From an uncultured Gemmatimonadales bacterium (GTDB lineage: Bacteria; Gemmatimonadota; Gemmatimonadetes; Gemmatimonadales; GWC2-71-9), in the NCBI GenBank assembly GCA_963728915.1, contig CAVSLV010000002.1:415655-479654 (forward strand): a DNA stretch of 64,000 bases, written 5' to 3'. Shown here one piece after another: positions 47,031 to 55,848 of this stretch. A model generated the notes under the pieces. That model was not told the DNA's origin. It saw only the letters and a program-made list of their open reading frames with translations, and did not search any database. The first letter of the stretch is position 1. Each line of letters begins with the position of its first letter. Both the position numbers and the translations under genes were made by a program.

Positions 47031-48623
47031 ATGCCCGCCATGCGACTCGTTGCCCCGTTTCTGGCCGCTGCTGTCTTCTGCTCTTCGCCGGCGGTCGAAT
47101 CCGCGCCACTTCCCGCCAGGGCGGCCGGCAAACCTGCCCTGGTGGTGATGATCACGGTGGACCAGATGCGGCGGGACTACCTGGACCGCTGGAAGGACCA
47201 GTTGAGCGGCGGGCTCAAGCGGCTGGCAACGGGCGGAGCGTTCTTCACCGATGCCAACCAGGACCACGCCATCACCGAGACCGCCCCGGGCCATGCGAGT
47301 CTCCTCTCGGGCCGGTTTCCCCGGAGCACCGGCATCACCCGGAACACGGCGGGGGTGAACGATCCGAACTCACCCTTGATCGGCGCCCCGGGCCTCGGGG
47401 CTTCGCCGTTCCGGTTCCGCGGCACCGAGCTCTACGACTGGATGGCGGCGTCCACCCCGGCCTCGAGGGCCCTCTCGGTCTCGTACAAGGACCGGGGCGC
47501 GATCCTCCCGGTGGGGCGCTCCAGGCAGCAGGTCTTCTGGTACACGATCGCCGGCCGGTTCACCACCAGCCACTGGTACCGGGACACCCTGCCCGACTGG
47601 ATCAATGCGTTCAACGCGCGCGGGATGCCGCAGTCCTACGCCGGCAAGACCTGGGACCTGCTGCTGCCGGCAAGCGGCTACGCCGAGCCCGACAGCGTGC
47701 CGGTCGAGGCGCAGGGCAGGGGCTTCACGTTCCCGCATCAGATGTCGGGGAGTCCCGATACCGCCGTGGCCCTGCTTCCTAACACGCCCTTCATGGATGA
47801 AGTGACCGCCGCCCTCGCGCTCGACGGCGTGCAGGCCCTGGGCCTCGGCCGGGGCGACGCGCCCGACCTCCTGGCGGTCTCTTTTTCGGCGACCGACCTG
47901 GTGGGGCATCGCTACGGCCCGGATTCCCGGGAGATCCACGACCAGATCCTCCGGCTGGACCGGACCCTGGGCCGCTTCATCGACTCGCTCTACCGGCTGG
48001 TGGATTCGAGTCGGGTGGCGATCGTGCTGAGCGCGGACCACGGGGTGCAGCCGTTTCCGGAGCTCAATAACGGGCGGCTCTCTCCCGCCCCGCTGCGGGC
48101 CGATCTGCGTCCCGCCCTGGAAGCGGTATCCCGGGTGATCACCGCGGCGGGCGGGAATCTCCGGGCCATGGATTTCGAGAGCGGCACCCTGTTCGTGGAC
48201 CGCGACTCGATCGGTGTCCCGGCTCGAGTGGTGCGCCAGGCGGTGGATTCGTTCCTCGCGATCGCCCGCGCCACTCCCGGGGTTGCCCGCGCCGATCGCC
48301 TGGGCGATCTGGCCCGGCTCGACCCGGGCAAGAACGCGGTGGCGCGGCGCTGGGTCCAGATGTTTCCGCCCGATCTTCCGGTCGAGGCGGTGGTGACCCT
48401 CACGCCGGGAAGCTACTGGTGGAATTATCCGGTGGCCCAGCACGGGACTCCTAACCCGCAAGACACCAACGTGCCGATCGTGTTCTACGGGCCCTGGTTC
48501 AGGCCGGGGCGGTACGGCGAGTTCGTGCGCACCGTGGACATCGCGCCCACCCTGGCGCAGGTGCTGGGGGTGACCCCGCTCGAGCCGATCGACGGGAAGC
48601 CGCTCAAGGCGGTGATCCGCTAG
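47031..48623 (+). CDS. Alkaline phosphatase / nucleotide pyrophosphatase family protein
   Basis: VDQMRRDY, TETAPGH, DLVGH, SADHG and QHG motifs. Confidence 0.92.
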   Translation: MPAMRLVAPFLAAAVFCSSPAVESAPLPARAAGKPALVVMITVDQMRRDYLDRWKDQLSGGLKRLATGGAFFTDANQDHAITETAPGHASLLSGRFPRSTGITRNTAGVNDPNSPLIGAPGLGASPFRFRGTELYDWMAASTPASRALSVSYKDRGAILPVGRSRQQVFWYTIAGRFTTSHWYRDTLPDWINAFNARGMPQSYAGKTWDLLLPASGYAEPDSVPVEAQGRGFTFPHQMSGSPDTAVALLPNTPFMDEVTAALALDGVQALGLGRGDAPDLLAVSFSATDLVGHRYGPDSREIHDQILRLDRTLGRFIDSLYRLVDSSRVAIVLSADHGVQPFPELNNGRLSPAPLRADLRPALEAVSRVITAAGGNLRAMDFESGTLFVDRDSIGVPARVVRQAVDSFLAIARATPGVARADRLGDLARLDPGKNAVARRWVQMFPPDLPVEAVVTLTPGSYWWNYPVAQHGTPNPQDTNVPIVFYGPWFRPGRYGEFVRTVDIAPTLAQVLGVTPLEPIDGKPLKAVIR

Positions 48624-48634
48624 CGAAGACCCGT

Positions 48635-48793
48635 GATCCACAGATGACACAGATAAACGCTGGATGTGGCCCCGCGCAGAGGGAACCGTCAATGTCACCC
48701 ACTGGATACAAGAGAATGGTGTTGGCTCCGGACTGTAGACGCTGGCGTTTGCACGGTCTGAATCCGCACTTTCATCTGTGGAATCTGTGGATC
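48635..48793. repeat. Imperfect inverted repeat built of CACAGAT units
   Basis: GATCCACAGATGACACAGATAAA versus the reverse complement of 48771-48793, 20/23 match. Confidence 0.75.
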
Positions 48794-50305
48794 CTCCTGG
48801 TTCTCGCACCGGGAACCCAGCTCCTTGCCCAGACCACGGTTCAGAGCGGGGTTCGGCCCGCCGGACGGCTCGCGATCCGGAACGCCACCATCGTGGACGG
48901 CAACGGCACCCCCGCCTCGGGTCCCTATGACATCGTGATCGAGGGGAACACCATCGTCGAAGTGGTGCCGCTCGATCCCGTGGCCCTCAAAGCCGGCCAG
49001 GCGCGCCATCCCGCCGCCGACCGGGAGATCGACGCCACCGGGAAGTACGTCCTTCCCGGCCTGATCAATCTCCACGGGCACGTCCAGGACGAGCGGGGCG
49101 GAATTCCCCAGCCACTCGACTACGAGCTCAAGCTCTGGCTCGCTTCGGGGATCACCACGGTGCGGGACGTCGGGAGCGAGACCCGGAAGACGCTGGACCT
49201 CCGGGCCAGAAGCGCGGCCGGCACCGTCGCGGCGCCCCGGATCTTCGTCTATGGGCTCTTCAGCGGCGGCGGAGACGCGGTGTCCACCCGAGGGATCCGG
49301 ACCCCGGAGGACGCCCGCGCCCGGGTGCGCGAGCTCAAGCAGCTCGGCGTGGACGGGATCAAGATCCTGGGCATCGACCGTGACTTGATGGAGGCGATGC
49401 TCGACGAGGCCCACAAGGTGGGACTCCGGGTGGCGCACCACGTCGGGGTCGAGGAGACCAACGCCTGGGACGACATCACGTTCGGCACCACCAGCATCGA
49501 GCACTGGTACGGGATTCCCGACGCGGCCATCCTCGACAAGGGCCAGCACTTTCCGTCGACCTACAACTACAACAACGAGGTGGACCGGTTCCGCTGGGCC
49601 GGCCGGCTCTGGCGCGAGGCCGACCCCGAGAAGCTGGGCCAGGTGCTCCAGGCGATGGTGGACCACAACGTGGCGTGGGACCCGACCCTGGTGATCTACG
49701 AGGCGAGCCGCGACCTCACCCGGGCCCAGAACGTGCCCTGGTTCAAGGACTACCTGCACCCCACCCTGGAGGAGTACTTCAAGCCTAACCCGGCAAACCA
49801 CGGCTCCTATTTCATCGGCTGGAGCTCGACCGACGAGGCCTACTGGAAGGAGAACTACCGGATCTGGATGGCGGCGCTCCGCGATTTCGAGCGGCGGGGC
49901 GGCATCATCGGGGTGGGCGAGGACGCCGGGTTCATCTACCAGATGTACGGCTTCGGGGTGATCCGGGAGCTGGAGCTGCAGCAGGAAGCCGGATTCCATC
50001 CCCTCAAGGTGATCCAGCACGTCACCGGGAACAACGCGAAGATCCTGGGCATGGAGACCAAGCTGGGCCGGATCCGGCCCGGCTGGCTCGCCGATCTCAT
50101 CGTGGTGAACGGGAATCCGCTGGAAGATTTCAAGGTGCTCTATCCCACCGGCACCGAAACGATCCGGGACGGCAAGGTGGTCCACACCGGCGGGGTGGAA
50201 TGGACCATCAAGGACGGGATCCCCTACCACGGCCCGACCCTGCTCAAGGAAGTGAAGGACATGGTGGCGGCGGCCCGGGCGGCGAACCCGAGGCACCAGC
50301 CCTGA
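48716..50305 (+). CDS. Amidohydrolase family protein (start uncertain, 48644-48716)
   Basis: PGLINLHGH and GRIRPGWLADLIVVNGNPL motifs. Confidence 0.9.
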   Translation: MVLAPDCRRWRLHGLNPHFHLWNLWILLVLAPGTQLLAQTTVQSGVRPAGRLAIRNATIVDGNGTPASGPYDIVIEGNTIVEVVPLDPVALKAGQARHPAADREIDATGKYVLPGLINLHGHVQDERGGIPQPLDYELKLWLASGITTVRDVGSETRKTLDLRARSAAGTVAAPRIFVYGLFSGGGDAVSTRGIRTPEDARARVRELKQLGVDGIKILGIDRDLMEAMLDEAHKVGLRVAHHVGVEETNAWDDITFGTTSIEHWYGIPDAAILDKGQHFPSTYNYNNEVDRFRWAGRLWREADPEKLGQVLQAMVDHNVAWDPTLVIYEASRDLTRAQNVPWFKDYLHPTLEEYFKPNPANHGSYFIGWSSTDEAYWKENYRIWMAALRDFERRGGIIGVGEDAGFIYQMYGFGVIRELELQQEAGFHPLKVIQHVTGNNAKILGMETKLGRIRPGWLADLIVVNGNPLEDFKVLYPTGTETIRDGKVVHTGGVEWTIKDGIPYHGPTLLKEVKDMVAAARAANPRHQP

Positions 50306-50346
50306 TGGCGCTTCCCCTTGACACCGCAGAGCCAATTCCGGTTTGC

Positions 50347-50838
50347 TCAGCGTTCCTTCCCGAGTCGCTCTTTTTCTTCCGTCAGAGCAGTAAGCTCCGC
50401 GATTGCCTCGAGGTCGCGGGGCCGTCCGGCGGCCCGCTTGGTCCTGATCAGCCAGGGCAAATCGATGATCAGGGTTTCCCGGCCGTAGATCTGGGCCCGA
50501 ATCGTGTGGGGCGCGATATCCTCGTAGCGCCCTCCACCGGTCACTTCGCCCACCAGATCGATATCTCCTGCGCTCGTCGTGAGGGTGAAGTTGAGTCCCG
50601 ACCTGAGGGTGGCCACCGACCATTCGAATGGAAGGCCGGGCGGCGCACCCCGGAGATAGGGCTTGAGCGGTTTGAGCGCCAGCACCAGTCGCTCGAGGTT
50701 GCTGCTGTTCCGCGCGTAACAGACGTCCACGTCCTGGGTCACCCGCGCCGAGCCGTGGGCTCGGGCCGCCACCCCACCGATCACGATGAAGTCCACCTCC
50801 CGGTCGTGCAGAGCAGTGAAAAGCTTCCGCAGGTTCAC
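50347..50838 (-). CDS. Nucleotidyltransferase (DUF6036/AbiEii-like)
   Basis: IVIGGVAA, RVTQDVDV and KRAAGRPRD motifs; GTGA overlap. Confidence 0.85.
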   Translation of the reverse strand: MNLRKLFTALHDREVDFIVIGGVAARAHGSARVTQDVDVCYARNSSNLERLVLALKPLKPYLRGAPPGLPFEWSVATLRSGLNFTLTTSAGDIDLVGEVTGGGRYEDIAPHTIRAQIYGRETLIIDLPWLIRTKRAAGRPRDLEAIAELTALTEEKERLGKER

Positions 50839-51203
50839 CGGGGTTTCTTCCTCCGGGCTGCCGCTACGCCCCGCGCCACTTCCTGATGGAACTCCTGAAG
50901 CTCGGCAAGGGCGCGGATTCGCTGGTCCACACTCAGGGCGAGGTTCCGGCGCAGCAGGGTGCGATCGATGTCCTTCTGGTACGCGGCGACAACCGGATCG
51001 GGAGGCGAACGCGGCACAATCCGGATCTCGATGTCGAAGTCCGCGGCACCGGCAAGGCGTTCCAGGGTTTCCAGACTCGGACTTGCCCGGCCCGCCTCGA
51101 GCCGGGCGATAGCGGGCTGGGAGGTGCCGGCCCGCCGAGCCAGCTCCGCCTGGGTGAGGCCGGCTTCCCGCCGGAGGGTCGCAAGGAACTGTTCTGCGCT
51201 CAT
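50835..51203 (-). CDS. XRE-family HTH protein (putative antitoxin)
   Basis: GLTQAELARRAGTSQPAIARLEAG; DIDRTLLRRNLALS. Confidence 0.88.
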   Translation of the reverse strand: MSAEQFLATLRREAGLTQAELARRAGTSQPAIARLEAGRASPSLETLERLAGAADFDIEIRIVPRSPPDPVVAAYQKDIDRTLLRRNLALSVDQRIRALAELQEFHQEVARGVAAARRKKPR

Positions 51204-51245
51204 GATCTATCAGATATATAGTATATCGATACGGATATAACAACC

Positions 51246-51638
51246 TCACGGTCCGCCGGCCCGCCCTTCCGCCCGCCCGCCTTGGGCCAGGTCCGCGTCG
51301 TCCAGATGAAACCGGTGGAGCATCCGGTGGAGGATGGGGCTGATGACTACCGCGGTGGCCCCGATCACCGCGAGGCCGGAGAAGAGGGCGTAGAACCCCG
51401 CGAAGGTCTTGGAGGCGTTGTTGGGAAGCTGGCTCACCGGGCCCATCCCACCCAGGATCATGGCGGCGTCCAGGAACGCATCCACCCAGTGCTCGCCGGC
51501 AAGCCAGTGGTAACCCGCCATCCCGATCGCGAGTCCGAGCACGATCACGGCGAGCCAGAGCAGGAGAGCGCCGCGGAGCCGGTTGACGAAGATGGAGCGG
51601 GAGGCGAGGGGGACGGGCTTGCCGGTGAACATGGTCAC
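51246..51638 (-). CDS. Small two-TM membrane protein with pore-loop-like segment
   Basis: DAFLDAAMILGGMGP and KTFAGFYALFSG motifs. Confidence 0.8.
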   Translation of the reverse strand: MTMFTGKPVPLASRSIFVNRLRGALLLWLAVIVLGLAIGMAGYHWLAGEHWVDAFLDAAMILGGMGPVSQLPNNASKTFAGFYALFSGLAVIGATAVVISPILHRMLHRFHLDDADLAQGGRAEGRAGGP

Positions 51639-51675
51639 TCCTTGCCGGCCTCGCGGGCCAGCATGGCAGAGTCGG

Positions 51676-53163
51676 CTACTTCGGGATCAGGCGATCCAGG
51701 ATCCGGCCGGCGATTCCCCGTGCGTCCAGCGCATCCGAGTCGCTCAGGATGATCACCGCGATCCGCTGCGAGGGGATCCGCACGAACGCGTTTCCCTTCC
51801 CATCCTGGCTGCCGTAGAGCGCCAGCCGCTCCACTCCCCGGTACCGATCGACGGTCCAGCCCCGAGCGGGTTCGATCCTGGGCGCCGTGGTGTCCGAATC
51901 GGTGGTCATGGTGATGGTGCCGTTGTCGTCGCTCACTCCGCCGCCGGCAAAGATCTCCGGGGTCTCGAGTCCCAGCTCGAGCCGGTACAGCTCATCCACG
52001 TTGGACCGGACCCGGAGGCCGCCGGCCGCGGTATCCACCTGGGTCTTGTGGGTCCCGATCGGGGTGAGCAGCCTGCGGGTTATGAGGTTCACCGAGGGCG
52101 GCTGGTCGCCCGGGGTGAGCTGCCGCGCCAGGCTTTCGAACGCCGCGGATACCCCGCCCAGCGCGAAGTTGGGCACCGTGGTGGCCGGCATGTAGCGCGG
52201 ATGGGCCGGAATCCCGTAGCCCTTCGCAAGCAGAACCTGGCCGCCCCGCGCCACCAGCACGGTCGCCTTGCAGGTCCCGGTGCATTGGGCGAACTCCTTG
52301 TCCACCATCGCCTGGGTGATGCCGGACCCCTCGACCGCCCGGCGGATCACCTTGCGCGCTCCCAGGTCGTACTTGTCTCCCGGAAACAGGGTGAGGAACG
52401 GCTTGCCCGAATCGGTGGCGACCCCGCCGTACGCAAACGCCTTGTTCCTCCCCGCGATCTCGGCGGTGTCGCCCCGGACGATCCAGGCGGTGCCTTCGTC
52501 CTCGCTCATGCCGAGCAGCTCGGGATGCTTCGGTCGCAGGGAATCGGCCAGGTCGCGCAGCCGCTCCCGCGCCACCACGTGCTGATCGATCGCGGCGCCC
52601 CGGAGGTATCCGAACCCCACCTCATAACCCGGGGCCATGACGATGCTGTTGCCGGAGCGGGCGCCCCGGAGCAGATAGCTCGCGAGGATCGAGGCGCCCG
52701 CCGACGACCCCCCGATCACTCCCCCGCGCCGGAGCACGTCCATGAAGGCCTGCTCGGTCCGGGTGCCGGCGTAGGAATCCACCAGATGCCACTGGCGGCC
52801 GCCCTCGAACCAGACCCCGCCGGCGCGCGCCAGCATCGCCGGGAAGCTGTCGGAGTCGGCGACCTTCCGGTCGATGGTGTGGAGCACCACGACGTTCTTC
52901 GCCCCGGCCAGATACAAACCGGCCGGCGCGCGATGACTGGGCGGATAGACCGAGTCTCCCCCCGCGGTGGGGACGTCGATGATCAAGGCGTCCGGCCCGC
53001 CCGCCGCGGTGATGAAGCGGGACCAGATCTCCGGCCCGATCTGGCCGCCGCCCACGACGACGACAGTGCCTCTGGCAGGCCCGACCCTCGGCGTGCCGTT
53101 CTGGGCGGAGAGGATTGACGCACTGGCAACGAACGCGGCCAGGAAAAGGGCGGTCCGTCTCAT
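51676..53163 (-). CDS. Exported cyanophycinase-like S51 peptidase with C-terminal extension
   Basis: VVVGGG, GGRQW, GGSSAGA and IDQH motifs. Confidence 0.85.
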   Translation of the reverse strand: MRRTALFLAAFVASASILSAQNGTPRVGPARGTVVVVGGGQIGPEIWSRFITAAGGPDALIIDVPTAGGDSVYPPSHRAPAGLYLAGAKNVVVLHTIDRKVADSDSFPAMLARAGGVWFEGGRQWHLVDSYAGTRTEQAFMDVLRRGGVIGGSSAGASILASYLLRGARSGNSIVMAPGYEVGFGYLRGAAIDQHVVARERLRDLADSLRPKHPELLGMSEDEGTAWIVRGDTAEIAGRNKAFAYGGVATDSGKPFLTLFPGDKYDLGARKVIRRAVEGSGITQAMVDKEFAQCTGTCKATVLVARGGQVLLAKGYGIPAHPRYMPATTVPNFALGGVSAAFESLARQLTPGDQPPSVNLITRRLLTPIGTHKTQVDTAAGGLRVRSNVDELYRLELGLETPEIFAGGGVSDDNGTITMTTDSDTTAPRIEPARGWTVDRYRGVERLALYGSQDGKGNAFVRIPSQRIAVIILSDSDALDARGIAGRILDRLIPK

Positions 53164-53990
53164 TACGCGCCTCCGTTTGCGTTCAACTCGATCGACTGTC
53201 CGGCTACCCGCGGCAGGATGCCACCCGGCTGTCCGAAGTGAAGCACCACATGCTGGTCCGGCAGCGGCGCCGGGGTTGGCAGGACGAACTGTTGGGTCTT
53301 GCTGGAATAGTACAGGCAGCCGACCTCCGTGGCCGGACGGGCCCGGACAAACTGCTCAGCCTGCTCCAGCGCACCGAGCCATTGATTCTTTGCGGCGACC
53401 AGGTCGATGGGCCGGACCAGGGCGAGGCGATCGAAGTCCTCGGCGTGATATCGCCCACGGCGCTTGAGCAGCTCGAGCAGCGAGATCGGGGCGAAGCCGG
53501 GATCCTTACCCGGGGCGGCCCAGACCAGGCCCGCGAGGCCGAGGACACGTTGATTCACGAAGAGAATATCCACGAAATCACGCGGCTCATCGCGGCCGGC
53601 CAGGGCGAGCGTCTTGTTGATAGCGAGGTCAACCGGGTGGAGCAGGAGCCCTCCGAGCGGGTCGCGCACCAGGGGCATGAAACGCCAGGCGGAGTCGTGG
53701 GCCCAGTCCACCCGGGTCTGTTCGTCGTCCCTGGCGACGATGGCCCTCACGAATCCTGGAATGCTCACCTCGAGGCGAACCTGGTACCCTGTGTGCTCGA
53801 GTCGAGCACGATCGGCGGCAAAGGCAGAGGCTACCCGGGCTTCGGAATCGTGGAAGAAATCGAGATCGTCGCTATAGCGACTGGAGTTCGGGGTGAAATG
53901 GAGGGCGGCGCCGCCGGCCAGATAGCGATCATCGTTGGGCGACTTCGCCAGATCGGCGAGCAGGTGGCGTTGGAACCCGGTTAGCGGCAT
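53163..53990 (-). CDS. AbiEii/AbiGii-like nucleotidyltransferase
   Basis: YLAGGAAL, RYSDDLDFF and NKTLALAGRDEPRDFVD motifs. Confidence 0.85.
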   Translation of the reverse strand: MPLTGFQRHLLADLAKSPNDDRYLAGGAALHFTPNSSRYSDDLDFFHDSEARVASAFAADRARLEHTGYQVRLEVSIPGFVRAIVARDDEQTRVDWAHDSAWRFMPLVRDPLGGLLLHPVDLAINKTLALAGRDEPRDFVDILFVNQRVLGLAGLVWAAPGKDPGFAPISLLELLKRRGRYHAEDFDRLALVRPIDLVAAKNQWLGALEQAEQFVRARPATEVGCLYYSSKTQQFVLPTPAPLPDQHVVLHFGQPGGILPRVAGQSIELNANGGA

Positions 53991-54244
53991 AGCCGCGCCG
54001 CGATCTCCCACGCCTTGCGGTTGCCGTGTCTGCGAAGTTGCTCCGCAACCCAGGGAACATCCGCGATTCCGATCCTCAGATCGGGGCGATATGACCAGAA
54101 GCAATTCGCGCGGAAACGGTGGAAGGCGCGGCGCGCTTCGCGAACCCGAACCATGTCTCGCGCGGTATCGGGATCGAGCTTCCGGCGGCTCCTGATCCCG
54201 CCGCGCCGGCCGATTTCCTGGAGGTACTTCCTGACTTCCTGCAT
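53981..54244 (-). CDS. 87-aa basic protein, putative antitoxin
   Basis: Overlaps the NTase gene; preceded by promoter and palindrome. Confidence 0.75.
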   Translation of the reverse strand: MQEVRKYLQEIGRRGGIRSRRKLDPDTARDMVRVREARRAFHRFRANCFWSYRPDLRIGIADVPWVAEQLRRHGNRKAWEIAARLCR

Positions 54245-54250
54245 GCACTA

Positions 54251-54279
54251 ATCATAAGTCGCTTATGATGCAAAGTCAA
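54251..54279 (-). promoter_or_regulatory. Sigma70 promoter TTGACT-N17-TATGAT overlapped by palindromic operator
   Basis: ATCATAAG-TCG-CTTATGAT at 54251-54269; -10 ends 6 nt before ATG. Confidence 0.8.
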
Positions 54280-54318
54280 AAGATAGAATGCGTTTGCTGG
54301 CTATTCACTGGCGATCAG

Positions 54319-55791
54319 TCATGGGCTGGCGAAGCTCGCGTTCAGGGCCTGGCGGGCCCGCTCCCGGGACCGATTCCACTCGAACCAGGCTCCCTGCTTG
54401 AGCTCCTCATGGTTGGCATACCGCTTCTGCACCTCGCTCCGGATTTCGGCGGCCACCGAGTCGGGCAGCGACGGCAACCGCTCGGCGATCACTGGAAGGG
54501 CGTCGGGTGACAGCTCCCGGGTGAGGTAGGCGACGTCGAGCTTCCCGGTGCTCGCAAAACGGTCGAGGTTCTCGCGGGCGATCCAGGCCTCGTGGTTCCA
54601 GTAAATCAGTGCGATGAAGAGAAGGACCGCCGCGGCCGTGGCGCGGCGGAAGAGCCGGCCGGCATCGAAGGTGTCGGCCACCTCGAGGAAGAGCACCAGC
54701 AGCCCGAACGCCACCGCGGCCATATAGACCTGAGCATAGAGCCGGGCGGTGGTGAATCCGTAGGCTTCCTCGTACAGCCACACCCGGCGGAAGGCGGAGC
54801 CCAGCAGCAGGAGCACCGCCGCAATCACCGCGAAGGTCAGAAGGCGGAGGATCCCGGCGCGGCGGTCGGTATTCCCGTAGCGCTCCGAGACCACGATCAG
54901 CAATGCGCTCGCCGAGGCGACGATGGTCAGCTCGGCGAAGCCGCGGCGGGCGTACTCGGCGAAGGTCACTCCCGAGGAGGGAATCCGGGGGAGGTTGCCG
55001 AAGAGATAGCCGATCTGCACCGCGAGGAAGAGCCAGAAGAGCAGGGCGATGCCGGCGAGCAGAATCAGCCGCTCGGTCGCGCCGAGCCAGCGGGTTGGGA
55101 CCTTGTTCTGAACCGCAGGGGATTCTTCCGATCCGAGGGACGCGTGCGCGTAGGCGCCCAGCACGATCACGAGCAGAGCGAAGAAAAACACCAGCCGCGC
55201 CACGAACTCCCAGCCGCCGAGAAAGTCCTTGACCGCGTCGCGCCAGGAGGCGAACACCGGATCGGCGCCGGCGAAGAGCAGCGCGAAGACGATCAGGACC
55301 GGCAGCGTAATGGCGACGCCGCGGACCCAGGCCCGGGCCCGGGCGGAGCGGATGTGCTGGATGGCTTCCATTCCTCGGCGGAGCGCTTGCACCAGCGCGA
55401 AGCGGAATGCGACGAGCGGGGCGAGAGCCGTGAACCACGCGGTGACGGCCCGGAGCGAGAGGCCGGCGGCCAGGAGCATCTGGAGCGCGAGAAGGAAGAC
55501 GATCGAGACGAAAATCAGGAACCAGAGCGGCGGGCTCGAGGTGACTGCGGCAGCTCCGGCAATCGCGATGGCGCCGAGGCCGAGGAGCAGAATCGGCTGG
55601 AGCGGCCGGCCGGCTCGGCTGGTGAAAAGGAGGAGGCCAAGGACGGCGAGCGTGGTCCAGAGGACCCAGTTGATGCCGGGCAGGGCGTCGAAGAGGGTCC
55701 ACGCGCCGAACCCGGCGACGGCAGCGGCGGCGAGCCAGAGGGGGCCGGGCCGGGATTCCGAAACCGGGCGGGCGTTTCCTGGAGTGGTCAC
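54319..55791 (-). CDS. DUF4173/DUF4153 membrane protein
   Basis: ADPVF, AEYARRGFAEL, YEEAYGFTTARL and YLTRELSPDA motifs. Confidence 0.88.
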   Translation of the reverse strand: MTTPGNARPVSESRPGPLWLAAAAVAGFGAWTLFDALPGINWVLWTTLAVLGLLLFTSRAGRPLQPILLLGLGAIAIAGAAAVTSSPPLWFLIFVSIVFLLALQMLLAAGLSLRAVTAWFTALAPLVAFRFALVQALRRGMEAIQHIRSARARAWVRGVAITLPVLIVFALLFAGADPVFASWRDAVKDFLGGWEFVARLVFFFALLVIVLGAYAHASLGSEESPAVQNKVPTRWLGATERLILLAGIALLFWLFLAVQIGYLFGNLPRIPSSGVTFAEYARRGFAELTIVASASALLIVVSERYGNTDRRAGILRLLTFAVIAAVLLLLGSAFRRVWLYEEAYGFTTARLYAQVYMAAVAFGLLVLFLEVADTFDAGRLFRRATAAAVLLFIALIYWNHEAWIARENLDRFASTGKLDVAYLTRELSPDALPVIAERLPSLPDSVAAEIRSEVQKRYANHEELKQGAWFEWNRSRERARQALNASFASP

Positions 55792-55797
55792 CGGCCG

Positions 55798-55844
55798 AAT
55801 ATGAGCCGCGGCCCCACTCCTGTCAAGTACTTTGTATTGTAAAG
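55798..55844 (-). promoter_or_regulatory. Sigma70 promoter TTGACA-N17-CATATT plus upstream palindrome
   Basis: -10 ends 6 nt before GTG; CTTT-N7-AAAG at 55830-55844. Confidence 0.7.
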
Positions 55845-55848
55845 GCGC

